From Candidatus Magasanikiibacteriota bacterium (lineage in GTDB: Bacteria; Patescibacteriota; Patescibacteriia; Magasanikbacterales; GWA2-37-8): a stretch of 64,000 nt of DNA. The position numbers and the translations under genes were made by a program. Every line of letters starts with the position of its first letter. The first letter of the stretch is position 1. The stretch is from NCBI GenBank assembly GCA_963802255.1, contig CAWDHY010000002.1, forward strand, positions 4,867 to 68,866, written 5' to 3'. Shown here piece after piece: positions 55,575 through 64,000 of the stretch. A model generated the notes under the pieces. The model worked only from the letters and a program-made list of their open reading frames with translations, was not told the DNA's origin and did no database searches.

Positions 55575-57374
55575 TTACTTTTTATATTTATTACTTTGCA
55601 AAGCACCATCCGCCTTTACACGGCGCCTGACTAATATTTTACTTTTATTTTTTGGATAAAATTTTGTATGCAATATCGAATGTTTTTTACCGATATTTTT
55701 AAAATACTTATCATAGGCTTCAATTACGGAAGGGTTTTCATGTGCCATCCGAATTTTTTTCTCACCATCAATTATATATAGCGACGAAGCACGCCGTTCA
55801 CGTATGGCGTTATCAACCGGCATTGATTGACCACCTCCTCCGATACATCCGCCCGGACAAGCCATCACCTCTATAAAGTCATACGCCGCAGGATCCTTCT
55901 TTAATTCGTCTAAAATTATTCGTGCGTTTTTTATCATATTGGTCACAACAACTCTAAGTTCGGTACGCACTCCTTTCGCGGTTTTTAACGGTTCCGGAAG
56001 CTTTATTACCGCCCGCTTTATCCCGTCTAAGCCACGGACATTTTTAAACAAATTATAATTTTTTAAATTCTTTCCGGTTAAAATCCAATAGGCTGTTCTT
56101 AAGGCTGACTCCATCACTCCGCCTGATGCGCCATAAATTACGCCGGCGCCGGAAGGATCACCAAACGGATTATCGGCTGGTAACTGCTTAATTTTCTTCA
56201 GATCAATTTTTTTATTTAATAGCCAACGCGACAATTCGCGGGTCGTAATTACAATATCTACCGGCTTCAGTCCGTTTATTTTAAACTCCGGCCTTTCAAT
56301 CTCATATTTTTTTGATGTGCAGGGCATAACAGACACTGAAACAATTTTTTTCGGATCGATTTTAGCTTTCTCGGCCCAATATGTCTTCACCAATCCCCCA
56401 AGCATAATTTCCGGCGAACGTGCCGTGCTCAAGTGTTTTACATAATTCGGATGGTTAAATTCCATAAACATTACCCAAGACGGACAACAAGATGTAAATA
56501 TCGGTAAATTTTCCCCTTTCCTGATTCTTTCAACCGCCTCTGCCGCCTCTTCCATTGTGGTAAAATCTGCTGCCGATGATGTATCAAAAACATAATTAAA
56601 CCCCAAAGAACGCAATCCGGCGGTTAATTGGCCTGTGGCCGCGGCGCCATATGGCAAGCCAAGCTCTTCACCAATTGAAACCCTGATTGAAGGGGCAAAT
56701 TGCACGATAACAATATTATCTTTTTGTTTCAATAATTTTTCCAATTTTTCAATATTTTTATATTCACCGGCGGACTTAATCGCGCCGGCCGGGCAATGAA
56801 CTATGCATTGGCCACAGGCAATGCAATCTCTATTCTTATCCATCGAAGGCTTGATACCAATTTCAGAGCCCTTATTGTCTATCTCCAAATATTCAACCGG
56901 ACATACTTCCACACAATTTCGGCAGTCAATACACTTTGTCTGATCAAAAACAATCGGGCCAAACTCATAAATCGGACGCTTAATTTTACGGTCCTCAAAG
57001 CGAAGCATTTTTGAATTTAGCTCTTTTCGATACTTGAGCAAATCACAACGTGAATTCCACACGCATACAGAACAATCTTCAACATGTTCGCCAAAAATTA
57101 ATTCCAAATTAAATTTACGCGACCTTTTTATAGCCGGTGAATTAGTGATAATTTCCATCTCCGGCACAACATAAGTTGAACAGGCCGTAACAAGCGAACG
57201 CATGCCCTTCACACTGACCACGCACATCCGGCAGTTCGCACGCACATCCAGGTCCGGATGCTGACAAAGATGTGGAATGTCAATATTGGCCCGTAAAGCC
57301 GATTGTAAAATAGTTTCACCTTCAAAGGCATCAATTTTTTTCCCATCAATTTTAATTTGGAATTTTTTCGGCAT
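55575..57374 (-). CDS. hydA: [FeFe]-hydrogenase group A catalytic subunit (M3 architecture)
   Basis: H-cluster L1 TSCCPSW, L2 MPCTSKKYE, L3 EVMACPGGCIGGGGQ; N-terminal 2Fe-2S, HxxxCxxC cluster and two 4Fe-4S motifs. Confidence 0.96.
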   Translation of the reverse strand: MPKKFQIKIDGKKIDAFEGETILQSALRANIDIPHLCQHPDLDVRANCRMCVVSVKGMRSLVTACSTYVVPEMEIITNSPAIKRSRKFNLELIFGEHVEDCSVCVWNSRCDLLKYRKELNSKMLRFEDRKIKRPIYEFGPIVFDQTKCIDCRNCVEVCPVEYLEIDNKGSEIGIKPSMDKNRDCIACGQCIVHCPAGAIKSAGEYKNIEKLEKLLKQKDNIVIVQFAPSIRVSIGEELGLPYGAAATGQLTAGLRSLGFNYVFDTSSAADFTTMEEAAEAVERIRKGENLPIFTSCCPSWVMFMEFNHPNYVKHLSTARSPEIMLGGLVKTYWAEKAKIDPKKIVSVSVMPCTSKKYEIERPEFKINGLKPVDIVITTRELSRWLLNKKIDLKKIKQLPADNPFGDPSGAGVIYGASGGVMESALRTAYWILTGKNLKNYNLFKNVRGLDGIKRAVIKLPEPLKTAKGVRTELRVVVTNMIKNARIILDELKKDPAAYDFIEVMACPGGCIGGGGQSMPVDNAIRERRASSLYIIDGEKKIRMAHENPSVIEAYDKYFKNIGKKHSILHTKFYPKNKSKILVRRRVKADGALQSNKYKK

Positions 57375-57378
57375 AATT

Positions 57379-57897
57379 CTATATACGCTTAATCGTTTTT
57401 AAAAATATAAAAGCGATCAGACTGCCGGCGGCAGCTGAATAAAGCTGATTCCAGGACATCATTAAGGCCATAGCCCCGGCAAGCGTTTGGCCGAGGAAAA
57501 AAACAAACATAATTTTGCTGGCTGTGAAAAGAAAAATAAATTTCACCACACTGCCCACACCTGCCCCCAGCCAATAATTTTTTTGCCTTAAATAATGAAA
57601 TAAAGTGACTAAAATAATATTTCCCGCCATAATAAACGGTAAAAAAGGCAAAAAAACCATAGGCAGAAGACCTCCAAACAAAGCCATCACACTCGGCAAA
57701 AAAGACATTAGGATGCCGCTGCGCAAGCCTAACATAACAGTCACAATAATCAGTATAGCGTTGACAATCGGACCGGAAATAAATTGATTGGGAAATAACG
57801 GCGCAAGCATTATGCCGCCAAGTAAAACTAAAAAAACTCCCACCGCGTAAGCTGATTTTTCTTTTGGCACTGCCCCAACTTGTTCATTGATTGGCAT
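57379..57897 (-). CDS. ECF-transporter S-component-like membrane protein
   Basis: 172 aa, ~5-6 TMs; NQFISGPIVNAIL, PFIMAGN, KF, MMSWNQL. Family recognised from motifs; substrate unknown. Confidence 0.65.
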   Translation of the reverse strand: MPINEQVGAVPKEKSAYAVGVFLVLLGGIMLAPLFPNQFISGPIVNAILIIVTVMLGLRSGILMSFLPSVMALFGGLLPMVFLPFLPFIMAGNIILVTLFHYLRQKNYWLGAGVGSVVKFIFLFTASKIMFVFFLGQTLAGAMALMMSWNQLYSAAAGSLIAFIFLKTIKRI

Positions 57898-57903
57898 AAA
57901 AAA

Positions 57904-58890
57904 TTATTTAATACCTACTTTTTCAATAAAACTCATCATTGGCTCATACACACTTTTACCCAACGGACAAAAACTGGAATCTCTCATTGTTTCCAATATG
58001 GCACGCATGATAAGCCAATCTGGTTTTGCTTTAAGCAACTCTTCTTTTAAGCGATAAAGACCCTCGCGACACGGTGCGCATTTACCGCATGTTGACTGAT
58101 TAAAAAAATCAATCCAGCGCTTCATCAATTTACGGCCATCAGTTTTTTTAGTTCCATAAATAATTAGCGATCCGGCACCTTTCAACGGAACATCCAATTC
58201 ATCGGGTAAAAAAATTCCTCCCGCGGCACCGCCTCCAACTTGAACGAAATAGTTAAACCGTGGAACGTTTTTTGTTTTATATAAAACATGTTCGATTGTA
58301 GCCGTGCATGGTATTTCGAAAACTCCGGGATTACGAATGTCTCCACGGACAGACACAAGCCTCTTATTTTCATATTCTCCCTTTAATATTTTTGAGACGT
58401 AATAAAAAGTCTCGGCATTATTAATAAGCGTCGGGCAGCCAAATAAACCTTTCTCGGTGGGAAATGGCGGTTTTATTCTTGGTTCTGTTCTCTTTCGCTC
58501 AATCGTTTCAATTAAGGATGTCTCTTCCCCGCCAAGATACCCCCGATTTTCCGGATATAGCACTATCGGCAATTTTTTAATATAACGGCTTAGTCGTGTT
58601 TTAATTTTTTTAAAATTGTGGCTTTGAAAAAAAATATAAGCCTTCTCAGCTCCTAAAGTTTCAACTGCAGCCCGTATACCAATAATTAAATCCTCAGGAA
58701 AAAAATCTACAATATACATATCTTTTTCCACACCCGGCTCCCCTTCACTTAAATTACAGATAACATAAACCGGCTTTTTGGAATTTTCTTTTTTAGAGTT
58801 CAAAACAGATTGCCACTTTTGATAAGTCGGAAATTCAGCGCCTCCCCGGCCGGTCAGGCCGGCGGATTTAATCTTACTAATAATATCCAT
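57904..58890 (-). CDS. minimal NuoF/HydB-like FMN/NADH-binding subunit
   Basis: GLTGRGGAEFPT, EGEPG, GEETSL, PRIKPPFP, NNAET, CGKCAPCREG...CPLG. Confidence 0.92.
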   Translation of the reverse strand: MDIISKIKSAGLTGRGGAEFPTYQKWQSVLNSKKENSKKPVYVICNLSEGEPGVEKDMYIVDFFPEDLIIGIRAAVETLGAEKAYIFFQSHNFKKIKTRLSRYIKKLPIVLYPENRGYLGGEETSLIETIERKRTEPRIKPPFPTEKGLFGCPTLINNAETFYYVSKILKGEYENKRLVSVRGDIRNPGVFEIPCTATIEHVLYKTKNVPRFNYFVQVGGGAAGGIFLPDELDVPLKGAGSLIIYGTKKTDGRKLMKRWIDFFNQSTCGKCAPCREGLYRLKEELLKAKPDWLIMRAILETMRDSSFCPLGKSVYEPMMSFIEKVGIK

Positions 58891-58914
58891 AAAATAAGTT
58901 ATATTTGTGCTTTA

Positions 58915-58949
58915 ATTCTATCAAATTTTGGCGTTTGGAGCAAAATTTG
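58915..58949 (-). promoter_or_regulatory. hydrogenase-operon promoter TTGCTC-17-TAGAAT overlapped by a 9-bp inverted repeat
   Basis: -10 at 58920-58915 with extended TG; CAAATTTTG-N10-CAAAATTTG at 58922-58949. Confidence 0.55.
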
Positions 58950-58979
58950 TTTGTGCATAAAAGATGCAAACAGCATATC

Positions 58980-59008
58980 TTGACATAAAACCGTTTTTAT
59001 GCTATTAT
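58980..59008 (+). promoter_or_regulatory. sigma70 promoter TTGACA-17-TATTAT
   Basis: Extended TG; upstream of the 59052 ORF with SD AAGGAG. Confidence 0.7.
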
Positions 59009-59051
59009 TTGGCGTGTTTACATCAAAACAATCAAAATCCAAGGAGAAAAA

Positions 59052-59579
59052 ATGATAGAGGAAGAACGGAATAATTGTTTCTGGCATAAATGGATCATTG
59101 TTTTCTTCGGGCTAATGGCGCTGCCTATTACCGTTAATATATCCGCCAGCGTATGGGCAAATGATTTCGGTATGACAGCACCGGAACTAATGAAAGAGTT
59201 CTACATGGTAGCGCTCTACATCATTTCAAGTTTTGTATTGTTCTTTCTCATCGGACACCTCAAGTTCCTGCCAGAAATAATTAAATTTTCTTTGCGGCTT
59301 CTGCTGGTCGTAATCGCAATTTCAGCATGTTATAATCAGATACGAATATCATACGAACTGGCGGGGGCCAAAAAGGAATTCAGCGCTGCCGCGATAATGT
59401 GCAGCGAAAAATCAAACAGGCAATTGGGGTGTCACGGAAAAATCGAACGGGTCATCGCCGAGCGTCAGTCGAAGCTTACGGCGCTCAATGCAATTGTCGT
59501 TGATGACTGGCAAGTAAAAACATCCCATGACTTAAAAGAAGTCGAGACCAGCGCCATCTACTTTTACCGTCCTTTCTAG
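59052..59579 (+). CDS. hypothetical 3-TM membrane protein
   Basis: 175 aa with SD, own promoter and terminator. Confidence 0.7.
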   Translation: MIEEERNNCFWHKWIIVFFGLMALPITVNISASVWANDFGMTAPELMKEFYMVALYIISSFVLFFLIGHLKFLPEIIKFSLRLLLVVIAISACYNQIRISYELAGAKKEFSAAAIMCSEKSNRQLGCHGKIERVIAERQSKLTALNAIVVDDWQVKTSHDLKEVETSAIYFYRPF

Positions 59580-59607
59580 CCAAAACAACCAACCCGCTCT
59601 TTCACAA

Positions 59608-59663
59608 GACAGCCAACCGGCTGTCGTTTTATTTAAAACGGCACTCATGGTAGAGTGCCGTTT
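59608..59663. terminator. two terminator hairpins between convergent genes
   Basis: GACAGCC/GGCTGTC+GTTTT and AAACGGCACTC/GAGTGCCGTTT. Confidence 0.75.
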
Positions 59664-59695
59664 ATTAATATTTCTCAAATACTTCGCCGTATCCT

Positions 59696-60295
59696 CTATT
59701 CTAGAATCCCATCGAGATTGACATCATATAAAATCTCTTCCGAAACAAGACGATATTTAATCAACTCATTATCATTAAACCAAATTTTAATTTCTCTTTC
59801 CGCCTCTTCGGGCTTGTCGGAGCAATGAACCAGATTTCTTACTGCCCTGTCATCCATACCGGACAAATCATATGAGTCCAGCGTTAAATCTCCGCGAATA
59901 GTGCCGACATCGGAAGTTAGCGGTTCTGTGCCGCCAACCAATTTTTTAACGATACCCACTGATTCGTTCCCCTGCCATACCATTGCAACCACCGGACCGC
60001 AAGTCATAAAATTGACTAAAGCTCGCACAATATCCTTGCCGTATTCCTTCGCCGGTTTATCAGCCGGCAATCCATTGGCCTTGCGGCTTTCAATCATCCT
60101 GGCACCTTTGCTTTCAAACCAGGCTTCGTCCTTATTATAGTGAGTCCAACACTGGTCTTCAGTCGGTATAATTAGCTTTACACCAATTAATTTAAGACCG
60201 ACATTCTCAATCCGACGAACTATCTCGCCAATCAGCGACCTCTGTACGCCGTCCGGCTTGACAATCACAAAAGTTCTTTCATTTTTATTAGCCAT
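59696..60295 (-). CDS. ndk: nucleoside-diphosphate kinase
   Basis: ERTFVIVKPDGVQR, GTIRGD, RNLVHCSD. Confidence 0.95.
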   Translation of the reverse strand: MANKNERTFVIVKPDGVQRSLIGEIVRRIENVGLKLIGVKLIIPTEDQCWTHYNKDEAWFESKGARMIESRKANGLPADKPAKEYGKDIVRALVNFMTCGPVVAMVWQGNESVGIVKKLVGGTEPLTSDVGTIRGDLTLDSYDLSGMDDRAVRNLVHCSDKPEEAEREIKIWFNDNELIKYRLVSEEILYDVNLDGILE

Positions 60296-60382
60296 ATATT
60301 TAATTATTAGTTTAATGAGATTATATACGAAAACGGATAATTTATCAATAGATACGCCTGATATCTGATAATTAAGAGAAAG

Positions 60383-60742
60383 CTAATTACGTAATATTAC
60401 CCACCTGATTTTTACCGTTTTCTTTTGCCTGTCCGGCAAAATAATTATTCCGGCGGTAATTATTCCGACACCGGCTATATTTCTACGATAACAATATTCT
60501 TTTATTGCTTTTGACAGACGGTATTGTTTTAACGGGTGAATCGCGAGGTCGGTTGCCAGCTCAATATTTATGCGTGTTTTAACTTCGACAAAATAATAAT
60601 CGCCGCTTTTTTTAGCGACGATATCAATTTCACCTTGAGTTGTATGAAAATTACGGTCAATGACTGAAAAACCGCGACGCCGTAAAAAACCCACAGCCAA
60701 ATTTTCTCCCCAGTCGCCGATATTTTTATTGTGCCGCGTCAT
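60383..60742 (-). CDS. yraN: YraN (UPF0102) family nuclease-like protein
   Basis: G..GE.LA..FL, RNF, GEIDIVA, FVEVKTR. Confidence 0.9.
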   Translation of the reverse strand: MTRHNKNIGDWGENLAVGFLRRRGFSVIDRNFHTTQGEIDIVAKKSGDYYFVEVKTRINIELATDLAIHPLKQYRLSKAIKEYCYRRNIAGVGIITAGIIILPDRQKKTVKIRWVILRN

Positions 60743-60745
60743 GTT

Positions 60746-61144
60746 TTACTTAGGCAGATATTTTTCCTTTTGCGCCCTTTCGGCGTGCTCAGCCCGAATT
60801 TTTGGCAGACGAGTAATAATAAACTTCAAATTTTTTACTATCACATACAACGCGTAAGCCACAAAAAATAAGAGCCAAAATCGCCAGGCTAAAAAAGGTA
60901 CCCGCTCCTGCCGAAAAAAAAGCCACAACAAACCGAGCAGGCCGGAGGTCAATCCAACATTAGAAAAACTATTCACGATTTTCTTTTGATATTTTTCCGA
61001 CAATTGCTGCTGGATGAATTTCAAAATCAAACCGCTAAAAATGGCCACTAAAAAAATAATCACCCAAATCCACATTGTACTGCCGCGGGCAATAAAGGGC
61101 TGGTGAAACCAATAGGACCAATCAAGAATATTAGTAATATTCAT
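60746..61144 (-). CDS. hypothetical membrane protein
   Basis: 3 TMs, FFRQERVPFL, KYLP end; operon spacing. Confidence 0.75.
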   Translation of the reverse strand: MNITNILDWSYWFHQPFIARGSTMWIWVIIFLVAIFSGLILKFIQQQLSEKYQKKIVNSFSNVGLTSGLLGLLWLFFRQERVPFLAWRFWLLFFVAYALYVIVKNLKFIITRLPKIRAEHAERAQKEKYLPK

Positions 61145-61146
61145 AT

Positions 61147-61698
61147 CTATTTTTTCTTTTTAAATATTATACAAAAATGGTAGTCTCCGAGCGGCATCCG
61201 GCCGACCATCTGCAGGTTCTCTTTTAAACCCGTACTAACCAGTGCTTCTTGATCGATCATTTGTTCCGGTGTCGGGCCAATTGGTCCGACGCGCTTTAAC
61301 CAATCAATAATTATTAAATAACCGCCATCCCTGATAAGTCTCAAAGATTCTTTGATGGCTTCCGGACGTTTTTTTATCATAAACATCACATTGACAAAAA
61401 AACCGGCATCTAAACTACCCTCCGGAATTGGCGTCGCACCGACGCTTTCCAGATCCGACCAGACCACCTGAACATTATTAAAACCCTCTGAAACAGAACG
61501 GCTTTTAATGCTTTCCAGAATATCTTTCATTATGTCAATTGCGTATATTACGCCCTTGTCTCCAATAATCGGCGACATTGAAAAGATAAAATGGCCGGTT
61601 CGTCCACAGCCAAAATCAGCTACGCGCATTCCGGCGCTTAGGCCAATTTTATTAAATATCTCTGACGGATCTATTAGCGCCGTACCTGAAGTGGACAT
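61147..61698 (-). CDS. class I SAM-dependent methyltransferase
   Basis: VADFGCGRTG, YAIDI, GGYLIIIDW. Confidence 0.9.
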   Translation of the reverse strand: MSTSGTALIDPSEIFNKIGLSAGMRVADFGCGRTGHFIFSMSPIIGDKGVIYAIDIMKDILESIKSRSVSEGFNNVQVVWSDLESVGATPIPEGSLDAGFFVNVMFMIKKRPEAIKESLRLIRDGGYLIIIDWLKRVGPIGPTPEQMIDQEALVSTGLKENLQMVGRMPLGDYHFCIIFKKKK

Positions 61699-61702
61699 AC
61701 AA

Positions 61703-61948
61703 TTATCTGATAAGCAATTTACCGATCGTACCCATTAAAAAACCGGTCATCAAATTGGTAGCGACCAGCATGCCGACAAAAATTAAAGCTAAACCAAGAA
61801 GCTTATAAAACAAACGGCTGCCACCGCTCGTACCGAGATTATTTTCTGCCCAGGCGATAGTGCCAAAATTCTGAATAAACCATTCAGTTTTGAAGATGAG
61901 CACGGTACCGGCTGCCACAAGCAGTAAACCGATAATTATGTGAAACAT
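61703..61948 (-). CDS. small membrane protein
   Basis: Start 61948 (MFHIIIGLLL...). The longer ORF start overlaps tRNA-Leu. Confidence 0.75.
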   Translation of the reverse strand: MFHIIIGLLLVAAGTVLIFKTEWFIQNFGTIAWAENNLGTSGGSRLFYKLLGLALIFVGMLVATNLMTGFLMGTIGKLLIR

Positions 61949-61961
61949 ATTTTTTCGCTCG

Positions 61962-62045
61962 TGGGCGGGAGAGGAATTGAACCTCCATGGTCTTGCGACC
62001 GCTACCACCTCAAAGTAGTGCGTCTACCAGTTTCGCCACCCGCCC
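61962..62045 (-). tRNA. trnL: tRNA-Leu(GAG)
   Basis: GGGCGGGTGGCGAAACTGGTAGACGCACTACTTTGAGGTGGTAGCGGTCGCAAGACCATGGAGGTTCAATTCCTCTCCCGCCCA. Confidence 0.95.
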
Positions 62046-62052
62046 AAATAAT

Positions 62053-62817
62053 TTAAAACTTTCTGTCTTTTCCGACAATCATGTCTATTTTATTTTTTGC
62101 CAGTTTAATTTTTACTTTTATCTCCTTAGTGGCTTTACCATCGGCCTCAACCACAAAAGGGCTATCTCCGATTATCTCCATTTCTTCAAAGGGAAATATG
62201 CTCGGGTCTTCATATTTATACCCGAATATGCCGGTTTTTGTCAACGGCCGCAGAAATGCTTCTAATTTACCATCTTGCGGATGAACCACAAATTCTTCAG
62301 CATCTTTTTTATGACGTTTCCAATAAAAAGGCTGAAAATTACAGACTACCACTTCCATTTTGAATGGCGTTGAGACTTGAAAACGTTCGTCATAAATCAC
62401 CCTTACTTTAGCGGGTACCACATGAAGCTGTGAAACAAAATATCGATTGTTAAACCATCCGACATCAAGCTTCTGTTTGCGCCTTCTGGCCAATATACCT
62501 GAGGATTCCACTCCTTCGGGGATGCCAAGTACGTCAGCAATGGTATTATCCGGCCCAATCGGTAAAAAACCAAAAACGCAGTCGCAAGTAGCGCCGCGCG
62601 AAAGAACATGACCGAATGTCCGGTCATTTCCTACGATCACGATATTTTTAGCGCCGCGTTTAATTTCATCCTCAATTATCGGTTTCACATCAACATAATT
62701 GTTGAGACGCAGAATTTTTCCGGCTATTCCATAGTCCACCAAACGGATCTCTATTTGCTTTAATATCGATTGAAACTTTTTGCTATTTAAATAATTGTCG
62801 TAGAGGTAGACATACAT
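62053..62817 (-). CDS. diacylglycerol-kinase-family (DAGK-like) protein, degenerate
   Basis: IVIVGNDRTF (GGDGT-like), GFLPIGPDN, LDVG, DGKLE, EADG. Confidence 0.7.
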   Translation of the reverse strand: MYVYLYDNYLNSKKFQSILKQIEIRLVDYGIAGKILRLNNYVDVKPIIEDEIKRGAKNIVIVGNDRTFGHVLSRGATCDCVFGFLPIGPDNTIADVLGIPEGVESSGILARRRKQKLDVGWFNNRYFVSQLHVVPAKVRVIYDERFQVSTPFKMEVVVCNFQPFYWKRHKKDAEEFVVHPQDGKLEAFLRPLTKTGIFGYKYEDPSIFPFEEMEIIGDSPFVVEADGKATKEIKVKIKLAKNKIDMIVGKDRKF

Positions 62818-62839
62818 AGCGGAGATATTTTACCTCTTT

Positions 62840-63316
62840 CTATTCTCTGCCGATTTCCATGGATAAATCATCAGTTTTTCTGGACCGGCCGGATCGCCGC
62901 GGTTCGCTGGCTTCAAGCCCCGGCATTAATACTTTTCCACAAAGCAAAGATCCTGCTTCCATAGCAATCGTTTTAGCTTCAATGTCTCCAACTACCCGGG
63001 CTGTGGCGGTTAATTCCAAATAATCTTTTATTTTCATATTTCCGCGCACTTCGCCGGCGATGGTTGCACTGCCCGCTTTGACATTTGCAATAATTTTAGC
63101 GCCCGGTTCAACCAATAAATTTTTACTCGTGTGCACGCTGCCGGTAACAGTACCTTTAACAACAATATTGCCTTCGGAAGCAAAATCTCCTTCTACATTT
63201 ACCGATGGGCCCACCACAGTATCAACATTATCGTCTGTTTGACCGGTGTCCTCATAAACTTCTTCCGCTATTTCTTCCATTTCTTCAACCGGAGCGCTTT
63301 GTCTTTTAAAAATCAT
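62840..63316 (-). CDS. bactofilin (polymer-forming cytoskeletal protein)
   Basis: TVVG...VEGD....G.I.V.G.V.G.V beta-helix repeats, GDI...I.MEAG...G. Confidence 0.92.
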   Translation of the reverse strand: MIFKRQSAPVEEMEEIAEEVYEDTGQTDDNVDTVVGPSVNVEGDFASEGNIVVKGTVTGSVHTSKNLLVEPGAKIIANVKAGSATIAGEVRGNMKIKDYLELTATARVVGDIEAKTIAMEAGSLLCGKVLMPGLEASEPRRSGRSRKTDDLSMEIGRE

Positions 63317-63414
63317 ATTTAATATATTTATATATTAGGGTTATTAATATAATACACCTTTTTAGCATTTATTAGAAGTGGCGACCCGATAATAATAAGT
63401 GGATAAATACAGAA

Positions 63415-64000
63415 TTACATTTCTTCAACTGTCTGAATATTCAATAATTCCGCGGCTTTTTCCAGGGTTTCCTTGGTGTGTAAAGAAAGAATTAAACGGG
63501 CCATTTTTTGATTGGAATTTTCCGCGTTGAGGATAGCGCATTTACTGTAGAAATCATTAAATATTTTTGCCAAATCAAAAGAATACCGAGCCAGGACTGA
63601 CGGATCGAGTTCTTCAGTGGCTGATTTTACCGCACGATCAAATTGACTTATTTTTATTATCAAACTTTTTTCCTGAATCATAGAAAGCGCTGAAAAATAT
63701 TTTTCAGAAACCGAAACTTTTTTCCCAAATTTTTTCAATATGCTGTTAATCCGCGCGATGGTATATAAAATATAAGGTCCGGTATAGCCGTCAAACGATA
63801 TTGCTTCTTTTATGTCAAATTCAACAACCTTGTCAATCGGATGCTTCAACATATCAAACTTAATAGCCGAGAGCGCTATGGTGCTGGCAACAAAATCTTT
63901 TTTAGATAATTTCCAGTCGGCGTGGCGAGCATCTATTTCATTTTGTATTTTACTAAAAACATCATTATAAATATCTTCAAATAAAATTACATTCCCGCGG
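63415..64000 (-). CDS. argS: arginine--tRNA ligase, C-terminal part (5' end outside window)
   Basis: RGNVILF, AIKFDML, FDGYTGPYILYTIARINSI, FNDFY, ARL.L, EEM end (DALR domain). Confidence 0.93.
   Translation of the reverse strand, partial: RGNVILFEDIYNDVFSKIQNEIDARHADWKLSKKDFVASTIALSAIKFDMLKHPIDKVVEFDIKEAISFDGYTGPYILYTIARINSILKKFGKKVSVSEKYFSALSMIQEKSLIIKISQFDRAVKSATEELDPSVLARYSFDLAKIFNDFYSKCAILNAENSNQKMARLILSLHTKETLEKAAELLNIQTVEEM

Noticed and set aside
58951-58970. TTGTGCAT...ATGCA as a Rex operator
   Set aside because: The right half does not match TTGTGAA-N4-TTCACAA and the spacing is wrong.
1-64000. CRISPR array, rRNA, riboswitch, or alternative genetic code (UGA=Gly)
   Set aside because: No regularly spaced repeats or long non-coding tracts. 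Conserved genes are full-length in code 11, and several end in TGA.

Overview
AT-rich (~40% GC by eye), gene-dense bacterial chromosome segment in genetic code 11. Several features suggest a Patescibacteria/CPR (Parcubacteria-like) genome, though this is inferred: mostly SD-less core genes, alpha2-type GlyRS, DUF4012, a CxxC-x17-CxxC protein, a short TsaB and a stand-alone VirB4/TraG-like ATPase. The left ~17 kb is accessory: GC-richer orphan genes with their own promoter, SD and terminator, cspA, a Pif1-like helicase divergent from a lexA-dinB cassette, a receiver/GNAT/kinase-less sensor cluster, desulfoferrodoxin, and an ECF sigma-MacAB-type operon. The rest is mostly minus-strand housekeeping: six tRNAs, rpmG, tpiA, glyQS, frr, holB, mreB, corA, dnaX, dusB, secA/D/F, ndk and argS. 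The highlight is a compact six-gene fermentation operon (51031-58890): minimal NuoF/HydB, a solitary ECF S-component-like membrane protein, an intact [FeFe]-hydrogenase, 2-oxoacid:ferredoxin oxidoreductase alpha/beta and ADP-forming acetate-CoA ligase. No HydEFG maturases, HydC or ferredoxin gene lie in the window. Also notable are a SecD with nested parvulin domains, and a SOS promoter carrying a LexA box, DnaA boxes and a REP-like element. No CRISPR array, rRNA, transposase or integrase was seen.
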